28,693 nt of DNA from Bacteroidota bacterium (GTDB taxonomy: Bacteria > CLD3 > SB21): positions 1-28,693 of the forward strand of contig JAGQUY010000142.1 of assembly GCA_020438245.1 (NCBI GenBank). The letters are read 5' to 3'. The notes under the pieces are model-generated. The model was given only the letters and a program-made list of their open reading frames with translations, was not told the DNA's origin and did not search any database. Below are positions 17,395 to 25,770 of the stretch, piece after piece (positions within the stretch are counted from its first letter, which is position 1; every line of letters begins with the position of its first letter). Made by a program: the position numbers and the translations under genes.

Positions 17395-17907
17395 TCAGCT
17401 CTGGCGGCGATGCTCGAGGTCTTCTTTGAGTCGCCGGAGTTCGTCCATGGCTTGCGAAAGTCGGGAGGCCACATCCTGGTTACGCTGAATGAGTAGTTTG
17501 TTCTCGTCCACCAGTTTTCTGTGCATGATCTGTTCTTCATGCTTCTCGACGGCAAGACGCACTACTTCCTGAAGGGCATCCAATTCCCAAGGCTTGCTGA
17601 TGTACCTGAAGATCTCTCCCTGATTAACACTGTTGATGAGTGCATTCATATCAGAATATCCGGACATCATAATACGGACAACATCCGGATGTTTTTCCCT
17701 GACAATCTTGAAAAATTCGGAACCGGTCATTTCCGGCATTCGCTGGTCGGAAATGATGACAGCCACTTTGTCCGTTACCATGGCCAATGCTTCCTTGGCC
17801 CGGTGAGCAACGATAACTTGGTAGTCGTCTTCAAGCGATTTTTTCAGAACTTTCAGAATCTCGGGTTCATCATCGACAATGAGCACCGAATGTTGTTGAG
17901 TTGCCAC
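17395..17907 (-). CDS. Stand-alone response regulator: receiver domain plus coiled-coil tail, no output domain
   Basis: VLIVDDEP, VIISDQRMPEMTG (phospho-Asp), IMMSGY, YISKPW, then ~50 aa with heptad character. GTG start with GGAG Shine-Dalgarno. Confidence 0.92.
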   Translation of the reverse strand: MATQQHSVLIVDDEPEILKVLKKSLEDDYQVIVAHRAKEALAMVTDKVAVIISDQRMPEMTGSEFFKIVREKHPDVVRIMMSGYSDMNALINSVNQGEIFRYISKPWELDALQEVVRLAVEKHEEQIMHRKLVDENKLLIQRNQDVASRLSQAMDELRRLKEDLEHRRQS

Positions 17908-17942
17908 GGGTCTACTCCAATTATTGAATGCAACCGTTCTTC

Positions 17943-17971
17943 ATGGTATTGATTTGAGCCTTAAAAATCAA
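17943..17971 (-). promoter_or_regulatory. Candidate sigma70 promoter for the receiver-radical SAM-bshC operon
   Basis: Minus strand TTGATT (17971-17966), 17-nt spacer, TACCAT (17948-17943), ending ~35 nt before the GTG at 17907. Confidence 0.5.
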
Positions 17972-17972
17972 T
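17948..17972. promoter_or_regulatory. Inverted repeat ATTGATTT-N9-AAATCAAT, candidate operator
   Basis: Perfect 8-bp arms at 17948-17955 and 17965-17972, overlapping the -35 and spacer of the candidate promoter. Confidence 0.4.
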
Positions 17973-18029
17973 CCAAAACAGCCCGAAGGACAAGCGGATA
18001 CAAATACGCCGGCCTAAGGCAGAAACCCT

Positions 18030-18058
18030 TTGACTTTATAAACACCCGGTTCTATATT
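18030..18058 (+). promoter_or_regulatory. Candidate sigma70 promoter of the OPT transporter
   Basis: TTGACT (18030-18035), 17-nt spacer, TATATT (18053-18058), ~100 nt upstream of the ATG. Confidence 0.65.
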
Positions 18059-18155
18059 TTCTGCCGTCTTAATGTACATGCCTTTTTAGATTCGCAGCCA
18101 GGCGGGTTCAAAAAGAATACAATCAATCTCTTTTCCAACCATCTTTGAGGTTCGT

Positions 18156-20132
18156 ATGGCATCCATTGCAGAGAAAAAAGAGACCGCTAAACCCCATCGC
18201 GAGTTCAAGCCTTTTATTGCGGCCAATGATCTGATGCCCGAGTTTACCCCAAAGGCGATCATTTTGGGCTCCTTGTTTGGAATTATTTTTGGAGCATCTA
18301 CTGTTTACATGGGACTCAAGGTAGGTCTTACGGTAAGTGCATCCATTCCGATTGCCGTTCTGGCGATTTCCATTTTCAAACGATTCGGGAACTCGACGAT
18401 TCTGGAAAACAATATTGTACAAACCATCGGCTCTGCGGGTGAATCGGTGGCGGCTGGAGTGGTTTTTACCGTTCCTGCCCTTCTCTTCTTGGCCGGCGGC
18501 ATGGATTATTTCCAGTACTTGCAGATTTTTATTTTGGCCCTGCTTGGAGGAGTGCTGGGTGTTTTGTTCATGGTTCCTCTTCGACGCTCCCTGATTGTCA
18601 AGGAACACGGAAACCTGATTTATCCTGAAGGCACCGCCTGTGCGGATGTCTTGATAGCGGGGGAAAAAGGTGGCTCGATGGCCAAGCGGGTGTTCGCCGG
18701 TCTGGGTGTGGCTTTTCTCTATAAATTACTGATGAGCGTTTTCGGCTTCTGGCGGGAGACCCCGAGTATAGGAACCGGTAAAGACTCTATCTATCCGAAC
18801 GCGCAAATACCCGCTGAGATCTCGCCCGAGCTGCTCGGTGTTGGATATGTGATCGGATTTCGCCAATCGGCCATTCTGGTCGCCGGAGGGCTTTTATCCT
18901 ACCTGGTATTCATTCCGCTCATTTCGGTTTTTGGAGAGTCGGTAACGTCTGTAGTCAAACCCGGCCTGATTCCGTTGGCGGAGATGACCGGCAATGAAAT
19001 TCGCCAAAGTTACGTCCGGTACATTATGGCCGGCGCGGTGACCGCAGGCGGCGTGATTACCATGATCAAGACTTTCCCGATGCTGGTTTCCTCCTTGAGG
19101 GATTCCTTCAAGGATCTGCGTGCAAACGGCAAGGACACGAAGGTGACTAAACTTCGGACGGAATGGGATCTCCCGATTACCTTCACCGCGGTTGGTGCCG
19201 TTGCCATGATCGTTATCATAGCAGCCCTGCCCAATATGCCCGGCGATTTGACGGCTCGTATCGGTGCCGGCGTCCTGATCGTGGTGTTCGGATTTCTCTT
19301 TGTCACCGTGTCTTCAAGAATTGTGGGTTTGATCGGCAGTTCGAATAATCCAATTTCTGGAATGACCATCGCCACGTTAATGGGCACTTGTTTGGTTTTC
19401 ATCGCCATGGGCTGGACCGGTGAAGTCTATGAGCCCATCGCAATAGTCGTTGGTGCGATTGTGTGTATTGCGGCCGCGAATGCCGGCGCCACATCTCAGG
19501 ATTTGAAAACGGGTTTTCTTGTTGGCGGCACGCCGATCAAGCAGCAGTACGGATTGATGATTGGAGTGGTAGCGTCTTCATTGATTATCGGTGCTACGGT
19601 GCTCCTGCTTCATAATTCCCTGACTATCGGCTCCGATGCCGTGCCTGCCCCGCAGGCGACCCTGATGGCAACGGTAATCAAAGGCCTTCTGAATCAGGAA
19701 CTTCCCTGGGGCTTCGTGATCTGCGGCATGGCCATCGCTGTGGTCGTCGAACTTTGCGGTGTTCGCTCGCTGGGCTTTGCTGTCGGAGCCTATCTGCCCC
19801 TATCAACCACCGTCCCGATTTTTATCGGCGGACTGGTCAAGTATTTTATTGATAAGAACAATTCGGATAGCGAAGAAAGCGAAACCGGCTCCGGTATTCT
19901 GTTTGCTTCAGGTCTGATCGCAGGCGGTGCACTCATGGGAATTGTTATCGCAGTGCTGAAGAGCATTGAGTTGGATAAGACGGCCGCGGGAGTCGCCATT
20001 ACCCTGTCCGATGTGCTCAATACCCATTGGGGCGAAGAACACACGCTTGGCGCTTTCATAGGTATCAGCGTTTTTGCTGTCATGGCCTATATGCTTTACA
20101 AGAATGCCATGGCCAAGGATGACCAAGCCTGA
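18156..20132 (+). CDS. OPT-family oligopeptide transporter (bacterial/YSL-like branch)
   Basis: EFTPKAIILG, YMGLKVGLTVSASIPIAVLA, ILENNIVQTIGSAGES, YPEGTACADVL, SNNPISGMTIA, QDLKTGFLVGGTP..QQ, APQATLMA, ASGLIAGGAL; many transmembrane helices. Confidence 0.95.
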   Translation: MASIAEKKETAKPHREFKPFIAANDLMPEFTPKAIILGSLFGIIFGASTVYMGLKVGLTVSASIPIAVLAISIFKRFGNSTILENNIVQTIGSAGESVAAGVVFTVPALLFLAGGMDYFQYLQIFILALLGGVLGVLFMVPLRRSLIVKEHGNLIYPEGTACADVLIAGEKGGSMAKRVFAGLGVAFLYKLLMSVFGFWRETPSIGTGKDSIYPNAQIPAEISPELLGVGYVIGFRQSAILVAGGLLSYLVFIPLISVFGESVTSVVKPGLIPLAEMTGNEIRQSYVRYIMAGAVTAGGVITMIKTFPMLVSSLRDSFKDLRANGKDTKVTKLRTEWDLPITFTAVGAVAMIVIIAALPNMPGDLTARIGAGVLIVVFGFLFVTVSSRIVGLIGSSNNPISGMTIATLMGTCLVFIAMGWTGEVYEPIAIVVGAIVCIAAANAGATSQDLKTGFLVGGTPIKQQYGLMIGVVASSLIIGATVLLLHNSLTIGSDAVPAPQATLMATVIKGLLNQELPWGFVICGMAIAVVVELCGVRSLGFAVGAYLPLSTTVPIFIGGLVKYFIDKNNSDSEESETGSGILFASGLIAGGALMGIVIAVLKSIELDKTAAGVAITLSDVLNTHWGEEHTLGAFIGISVFAVMAYMLYKNAMAKDDQA

Positions 20133-20153
20133 TCAACTTTCTGCAAGGTCAAT

Positions 20154-20184
20154 AAAAAACCCCGCTTCAAGCGGGGTTTTTTTT
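20154..20184. terminator. Bidirectional Rho-independent terminator between OPT and the clpC operon
   Basis: AAAAAA-CCCCGC-TTCAA-GCGGGG-TTTTTTTT: a GC stem with A and T tracts on either side, between convergent genes. Confidence 0.9.
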
Positions 20185-20209
20185 GACCTATGCTTTTCTT
20201 GAAATCGAA

Positions 20210-20731
20210 TCAGTTCATCAAGATTTCAATGATCTTGGCTTCGTTCAGATCGAACTGCTTTTCTTCCTTCTTACCGTCTTTTTCGTATTCGACCGCGAAA
20301 ACTTTATTGTATTCGTCTTTCAGGGTTATGACTCCGCTCACGGCGACGCCTTTGCCCTTGTACGGGTCGTAATACGAAACGGAAATATGATCACCGTGCT
20401 CGAGAGCCTCCAGAACTTGGATGATTGTATCGACATCCATCCATGATTCCGCCTGCGTTTCATCAATATCGATACTGATGGCAATTCTGGATATCTTGGC
20501 AATATCGCCGTCATCGGCCGTAAATTCGATGGCCTCTCCAGAGCCCTCTTCGACCATCCCAAACCCGTTGTCCGTCAGATGACTGACACGTCCCGACACC
20601 GTGGTCAGGGTTCCGTCCCAGTTGACTCGTTCGACAGTCACACCGTCATTTACAACAAGAGGCTTGATTGCCTCAGCAACTTCTTCCCGGGGAATTGCAC
20701 CTTCCCGGACCTTCTTTCTTCCAAACAGCAT
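20210..20731 (-). CDS. 173-aa acidic hypothetical protein with two tandem small beta-barrel-like repeats
   Basis: ORF with GAGGA Shine-Dalgarno, starting 16 nt after the clpC stop. Internal duplication visible around two VSG motifs. Confidence 0.8.
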   Translation of the reverse strand: MLFGRKKVREGAIPREEVAEAIKPLVVNDGVTVERVNWDGTLTTVSGRVSHLTDNGFGMVEEGSGEAIEFTADDGDIAKISRIAISIDIDETQAESWMDVDTIIQVLEALEHGDHISVSYYDPYKGKGVAVSGVITLKDEYNKVFAVEYEKDGKKEEKQFDLNEAKIIEILMN

Positions 20732-20747
20732 ACAAATTCCTCTTGGG

Positions 20748-23213
20748 TTATTTCATTTCATTAGCGGCGGCTTCGTGGATTTCCGTGAAACTCAGTTGAC
20801 CATCCTGCAATTCCACAAGGAGGTGACTGCCGTCCGAAAAGGTACCTTTGAGGATTTCTTCGGCAACGGGATCTTCCACCAGTTTCTGAATGGCTCGCCG
20901 TAAAGGTCTGGCTCCGTACACCGGGTCAAAACCTTTTTCAGCAATAAAACCTCTTGCATCATCTGTTAGCGTCAGCCGAATGCTCCGTTCTTTGAGTTTC
21001 TGTTCGACATCCATCATGTTCAGGTCAACGATGCTCAGGACCGCGTCTTTGTCCAAGGCCCTGAAGACAATGATTTCGTCAATCCGATTGATGAATTCCG
21101 GGTTGAAAAGCTTTTTCGCAGCTTCTTCTACTTTGGATTTCATTCGGCCGTAATCATCTTCGGAATCATTCTTGGCAGAGAATCCAAAGGCACCCGACTT
21201 GTCCATGTCCCTGGCACCGATATTGGAGGTCATGATGAGTACGCAATTTTTGAAACTGACCTTTCGACCGAGACTGTCCGTCAGAACACCGTCATCCAAA
21301 ACCTGCAGCAGAATGTTGAAAACGTCCGGATGAGCTTTCTCGATTTCATCCAAGAGTACTACAGAATACGGCTTGCGACGGATTTTTTCGGTCAACTGCC
21401 CGCCTTCTTCATAACCGACGTATCCGGGAGGCGGTCCAACCAGTCGGCTCACATTGAATTTTTCCATGTATTCCGACATGTCAATCCGAACCAGCGCTTC
21501 CGGGCTCTCGAACAGGTAATTGGCCAACTCTTTTGCAAATTGCGTCTTGCCGACTCCGGTTGGACCCAGGAACACGAAGGAACCGATGGGCCGATTGGGG
21601 TCTTTAAGGCCGGCGCGCGTCCTTCGAATGGCTCGAGTGACCGACTTGATGGCTTCGTTCTGGGCGATGATTCTCTTGGTAAGAACATCGTCCATCTGCA
21701 GCAGTTTTTCAGACTCAGACTGTGCAACGCGACTGACGGGAATACCTGTCATCATCGACACCACATGGGCAATCTGATCGACACCGACCTCTACAATCTG
21801 GTTCTCCTCGCGTCGTTCCCAGTCTTCCTTCGCGACGCGCAACTGTTCATTGAGTTTTTTCTCAGTATCGCGAAGTTCGGCCGCTTTTTCAAATTTTTGA
21901 TTTCGAATCACCGCGTCTTTTTCCACCCGAACGCGTTCGATTTCGTTTTCGATATCCAGTATCCGCTGTGGGACGACTATATTCATGATGTGTGTGCGGG
22001 AACCGGCTTCGTCCATCACGTCAATTCCCTTGTCGGGCAAATACCGATCGGTGATGTAGCGGTCACTGAGTTTGACGGCCTGGACCAAGGCGTCATCCGT
22101 GTAACCGACCCGATGGTGTTCTTCGTATTTGTGTTTGATTTGACGAAGAATTTCTATCGTTTCCTCCACGGTTGGCGGATCGATCAGCACCTTTTGAAAT
22201 CGACGTTCCAGAGCGCCGTCTTTTTCGATGTATTGACGATACTCATCCAGGGTGGTCGCGCCAATGCACTGCAACTCCCCTCGCGACAAAGCCGGTTTGA
22301 ACATATTCGATGCATCCAGCGATCCGCTTGCTCCTCCGGCGCCTACTATGGTGTGCAATTCGTCTATAAAAAGAATCACATCATCGGTTTTTTCCAGCTC
22401 GGTCATGATCGCCTTGACGCGTTCTTCAAATTGGCCTCGGTACTTTGTTCCGGCAACCAGAGCGCCCACATCGAGCGTCACGACCCGTTTACCGTGCAAA
22501 ACACGCGGAACTTTCTTCTGAATAATACGCAGAGCCAGACCCTCGGCGATCGCAGTCTTTCCGACCCCGGGTTCGCCGATCAGTACGGGATTGTTTTTCT
22601 TGCGACGGGAGAGAATCTGGGCAACCCGTTCGATCTCCTCTTCCCGGCCGATGATCGGATCGAGCTTACCTTCCTCCGCAAGCTGAGTCAGATCACGCCC
22701 AAAATGATCGAGAGCAGGGGTCTTGCTCTTTTTGGGTTCGGCTTTCTTACTCGACGAAGCGCTGGGAGTAAAAGTTCCGCTCATAATATTGGTCAGCTCC
22801 CTTTTTATGGTTTCGTATTCGACATTGAACATGCTCAGAACCTGAGCTGCCAGGCAGTCTTTTTCTTTAACCAGCGACAGAAGGAGGTGTTCCGTTCCAA
22901 TGACATCCGATTTATAGTTCTTTGCCTCGATGTAGGTGGATTTGAGAATTTTCTCGGCCCGCTTCGTGAGCGGCGGATTGCCAATGATGGTATTATCCGA
23001 GACCGGCTTGACCATGTCTTCAATGGTACGCTTGAGTTTTTCCAGTTCTACACCCAGATTTTTCAGCACCTTTACCGCGACGCCTTCGCCTTCCCGGATC
23101 AAGCCGAGAAGAAGGTGTTCAGTACCAATGTAATCGTGCCCCAGGCGTATCGCTTCTTCCTGTGATAGCTTGACGACAAGTTGAACCCGGCTAGAGAAAT
23201 TATTCTTCATCAT
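20748..23213 (-). CDS. clpC: ATP-dependent Clp protease ATPase subunit ClpC
   Basis: Two Clp-N repeats ([13 protein letters not shown]; [10 protein letters not shown]), Walker A GEPGVGKT and GPTGVGKT, Walker B LFIDE and LLDEIE, UVR-like middle domain ([12 protein letters not shown]), [11 protein letters not shown]. Confidence 0.97.
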   Translation of the reverse strand: MMKNNFSSRVQLVVKLSQEEAIRLGHDYIGTEHLLLGLIREGEGVAVKVLKNLGVELEKLKRTIEDMVKPVSDNTIIGNPPLTKRAEKILKSTYIEAKNYKSDVIGTEHLLLSLVKEKDCLAAQVLSMFNVEYETIKRELTNIMSGTFTPSASSSKKAEPKKSKTPALDHFGRDLTQLAEEGKLDPIIGREEEIERVAQILSRRKKNNPVLIGEPGVGKTAIAEGLALRIIQKKVPRVLHGKRVVTLDVGALVAGTKYRGQFEERVKAIMTELEKTDDVILFIDELHTIVGAGGASGSLDASNMFKPALSRGELQCIGATTLDEYRQYIEKDGALERRFQKVLIDPPTVEETIEILRQIKHKYEEHHRVGYTDDALVQAVKLSDRYITDRYLPDKGIDVMDEAGSRTHIMNIVVPQRILDIENEIERVRVEKDAVIRNQKFEKAAELRDTEKKLNEQLRVAKEDWERREENQIVEVGVDQIAHVVSMMTGIPVSRVAQSESEKLLQMDDVLTKRIIAQNEAIKSVTRAIRRTRAGLKDPNRPIGSFVFLGPTGVGKTQFAKELANYLFESPEALVRIDMSEYMEKFNVSRLVGPPPGYVGYEEGGQLTEKIRRKPYSVVLLDEIEKAHPDVFNILLQVLDDGVLTDSLGRKVSFKNCVLIMTSNIGARDMDKSGAFGFSAKNDSEDDYGRMKSKVEEAAKKLFNPEFINRIDEIIVFRALDKDAVLSIVDLNMMDVEQKLKERSIRLTLTDDARGFIAEKGFDPVYGARPLRRAIQKLVEDPVAEEILKGTFSDGSHLLVELQDGQLSFTEIHEAAANEMK

Positions 23214-23256
23214 GATCTCCGCTTAAGCGCCAAAATACGCCATGATAGGCTTAAAA

Positions 23257-23285
23257 AATATAGATAATGCACAAACCAGAGTCAA
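23257..23285 (-). promoter_or_regulatory. Candidate sigma70 promoter of clpC
   Basis: Minus strand TTGACT (23285-23280), 17-nt spacer, TATATT (23262-23257), ~45 nt upstream of the ATG. Confidence 0.65.
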
Positions 23286-23508
23286 GCTCTGTTTTCCCCC
23301 GTACTCCCTGTACATGCTTGATTTATCAATGTTTACGCGGATGTGCCCGCACTAGGTGTAACGCCCGCAACACTCCATATATTCATACGAATCAGATTGA
23401 AATACAGTCACTTCTGAACTCCATTCTTTCAAGTTGCATTATTTTCGTTTTTACCTAAATTGGGTGTGCGATATGAACGGTTGCATTATTATTACTATTG
23501 GAGGTCTT

Positions 23509-24855
23509 ATGTCAAGAGTGTTTTTCTTGATAATCATGGGTGGGGCGCTGCTGAACGCCCAAACAGGAGCAGGGTTTGGAGAGGGCATGATGGGTAATAC
23601 CGTGAATGTTCCGATTGGTGCAACCGTCATAGACGGGGAGACCTATTTCACCATGCGCCTTCAACCGGAATTGACGTTTGGGAAAGTCGGGATTGGATTG
23701 GATGTGCCGATCATGTTCAATTCCGGCGGCAAGTTCAGAACGGATGAATATAAGGGCGGTATAGGTTTTCTTCGCGTCATCCGCTATGTGCGCTACGGAG
23801 TGAAACACGAAGATCCGGTTTATTTCAGGGTCGGCGAGCTCACGGGCACATCGCTGGGGTACGGTCTGATTATGTACAATTATACCAATTCGGTAAGTTT
23901 CGACAAACGAAAAATCGGGTTGAATATCGATCTGAACTACAATAAGCAGTTTGGCATCGAAGGCGTCTATTCCGATTTCAATCGTGCCAGCGTGATCGCA
24001 TTCCGGCCTTACTACAGGCCGCTGGCAACCACCGACATACCCATTCTAAAGACCTTGGAAGTAGGTGCAAGCTATGCCACGGATCGGGATCAGGATGCCG
24101 AATACGATATTGCCGCAGCGGGCGCCGATCTGGGAGTAACCGTCCTGCAAACCAGTTTCTTGAAAGTTGTGCCATACCTGGAGTACGTGAGAATTGGAAA
24201 GGCCTCAGCCCTGAGCAAGGATCTTTCTGATGCCGTCGTACATCCGGCAGAATTGGATACTTCCAAGTATGGCGTGGGACAGGGGTTTGCGATGGGCGTG
24301 AATTTGGACATGAATCTTGTTGCCGACGTACTTACCATGGGAGTGAAAGTCGAAAGACGTTTCTACAGCGACAATTTCATACCCCAGTATTTCAACGCTA
24401 CCTATGAGGTAAGCAAGTTGAACGGAACCCCGGCCGCGTATGGACTCGTCAACGCGCGGGCTGTTCAGGGAACGTATGGCGAGTTGATGGCAAACCTGAT
24501 CGGTAAAATTCAAGTCATCGGTGGAATGTCCATTCCTGACAAGTTGAAGAAAACGGACGGTGCCGTTGTACACCTGGGGCTTGCGGCCCCTGATTTGATT
24601 CCAAAGGTTCAAATTATTGGAACCTACGACAAAGCGCAGTTGGAGCATCTTGGGGATGCCTTCAAGCTTGATCAACGATCTGTGGCTCATATGATTTTCG
24701 CATACGAAGCCTATCAGACCGGCCCCTTCGTTTTTAACGCCGGGGTAGATTATAAATGGACTTTCATCGAGCGAAAGAATTCGCCCGGCTTCAAAGCGGT
24801 GAGTTATGTGATGCCGTTTGCTGCCATGCAGATGAAGATACCCGGAATGAACTAG
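23509..24855 (+). CDS. Exported, beta-strand-rich protein, probable outer-membrane barrel, 448 aa (start corrected to 23509)
   Basis: GGAGG Shine-Dalgarno 4 nt before ATG 23509, signal peptide MSRVFFLIIMGGALLNA|Q, and many alternating hydrophobic/Gly strands (ELTFGKVGIGLDV, KIGLNIDLNY, GADLGVTV, FNAGVDYKW). Confidence 0.7.
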   Translation: MSRVFFLIIMGGALLNAQTGAGFGEGMMGNTVNVPIGATVIDGETYFTMRLQPELTFGKVGIGLDVPIMFNSGGKFRTDEYKGGIGFLRVIRYVRYGVKHEDPVYFRVGELTGTSLGYGLIMYNYTNSVSFDKRKIGLNIDLNYNKQFGIEGVYSDFNRASVIAFRPYYRPLATTDIPILKTLEVGASYATDRDQDAEYDIAAAGADLGVTVLQTSFLKVVPYLEYVRIGKASALSKDLSDAVVHPAELDTSKYGVGQGFAMGVNLDMNLVADVLTMGVKVERRFYSDNFIPQYFNATYEVSKLNGTPAAYGLVNARAVQGTYGELMANLIGKIQVIGGMSIPDKLKKTDGAVVHLGLAAPDLIPKVQIIGTYDKAQLEHLGDAFKLDQRSVAHMIFAYEAYQTGPFVFNAGVDYKWTFIERKNSPGFKAVSYVMPFAAMQMKIPGMN

Positions 24856-24903
24856 ATTGTTGCGCTCGTCCGGAAACACTGAATTTACGAAAAGAGAAAA
24901 ATC

Positions 24904-24937
24904 AAGGGGCCGTCCGGATATCCGGATGGCCCCTTTT
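24904..24937 (+). terminator. Near-palindromic hairpin, probable intrinsic terminator after the outer-membrane gene
   Basis: AAGGGGCCGTCCGGATATCCGGATGGCCCCTTTT: long stem with one G.T pair, followed by TTTT. Confidence 0.7.
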
Positions 24938-24948
24938 GTTGGCAGGTC

Positions 24949-25770
24949 ATGAGAAAGAAATTTGAAATCACTTCGGAAGTCAAGCCTCCTGCAGAGCGTG
25001 CGGAACCGGAGCCGCTCCAATGGGTGGACCGGGGCTGGTATGTTGTCCTCGAATTTGAACTTGCCAATTCAGCCCGAATGGACCAGGTTTTGGAGAAAGC
25101 GAAGACAAATCCGCATTTTGTCGAGTTGATCGACGAGCGCGGCGTAACGATGTACAGGACTATTTATTTTAAGAACGATTTTCCAAGATTTGCAGATCTC
25201 TACGAGTTGGTCGGTTCCTGGAAGAATTCACGGCTTTTTTATCGCGGAGATGAAGTTCGGAAGGAGCATTTCGATCTGTGGTATCAATCGTACAAAATTT
25301 ATTGGGGACACCGGAAAACGCTGAACAGCGGGGATTACTGCGGGCTTGGTAAAATGAGTCCGTATCCGGATTTTCTGGGCTGCTATGAGCGTTGCGTAGA
25401 ACTGAGGTGGCGCGACCCATTATTTACTCATTACCAGCTAAACTCCAGGGTCTGGTACAGTTTTGGCAAGAAAACCAAAGAAGTTTTTACGGTGGACAAA
25501 CCGGCGATGATAAGCTACCTGTCCGGCCTCAATGAAGACTATCACGCCTGCCCCTGTTACGGACATACCGTCATTGAACACGTTCTGAATCAGTTGCCAA
25601 ATGAGATCAATCCGCTCATACACAAAGAATGGCAATTCAAGGGGGAGTATCTCAAACATACAGCCGACCGCTCCTATTTTAATTTTGATATCGCCATGAC
25701 CACCCTTCCCGACATTTGTCCTGTCAGCGAAAAGGCCTACCATAAATTCATGCAGAAAATCCTGCAGTAG
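24949..25770 (+). CDS. 273-aa Cys/aromatic-rich hypothetical cytoplasmic protein
   Basis: Full-length ORF filling the gap between the hairpin and the convergent gene, with six Cys in the C-terminal half (YCG, GCYERC, CPC, DICP). Confidence 0.8.
   Translation: MRKKFEITSEVKPPAERAEPEPLQWVDRGWYVVLEFELANSARMDQVLEKAKTNPHFVELIDERGVTMYRTIYFKNDFPRFADLYELVGSWKNSRLFYRGDEVRKEHFDLWYQSYKIYWGHRKTLNSGDYCGLGKMSPYPDFLGCYERCVELRWRDPLFTHYQLNSRVWYSFGKKTKEVFTVDKPAMISYLSGLNEDYHACPCYGHTVIEHVLNQLPNEINPLIHKEWQFKGEYLKHTADRSYFNFDIAMTTLPDICPVSEKAYHKFMQKILQ

Noticed and set aside
17385-17555. N-terminal extension of the radical SAM ORF given by the ORF track
   Set aside because: It overlaps the receiver gene in another frame and reads as non-protein-like. 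The ATG at 17384 fits the operon spacing.
21330-23165. 611-aa ORF on the + strand antisense to clpC
   Set aside because: It lies wholly opposite a highly conserved gene, has no Shine-Dalgarno or motifs and has the F/R/H-rich composition of a shadow frame. Long antisense ORFs are a known by-product of codon bias in chaperone genes.
17948-23329. FNR boxes at the two TTGAT...ATCAA sites (17948-17972 and 23318-23329)
   Set aside because: The spacers are 13 and 2 nt, not the required 4 nt.
23434-23508. Upstream starts for the outer-membrane protein
   Set aside because: The GGAGG Shine-Dalgarno and a clean signal peptide support ATG 23509.
23214-23508. CtsR, HrcA (CIRCE) or structured ncRNA upstream of clpC
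   Set aside because: No GGTCAAA heptad repeats or TTAGCACTC-N9-GAGTGCTAA. The small hairpins near 23336-23385 do not form a tRNA or any riboswitch I recognise.
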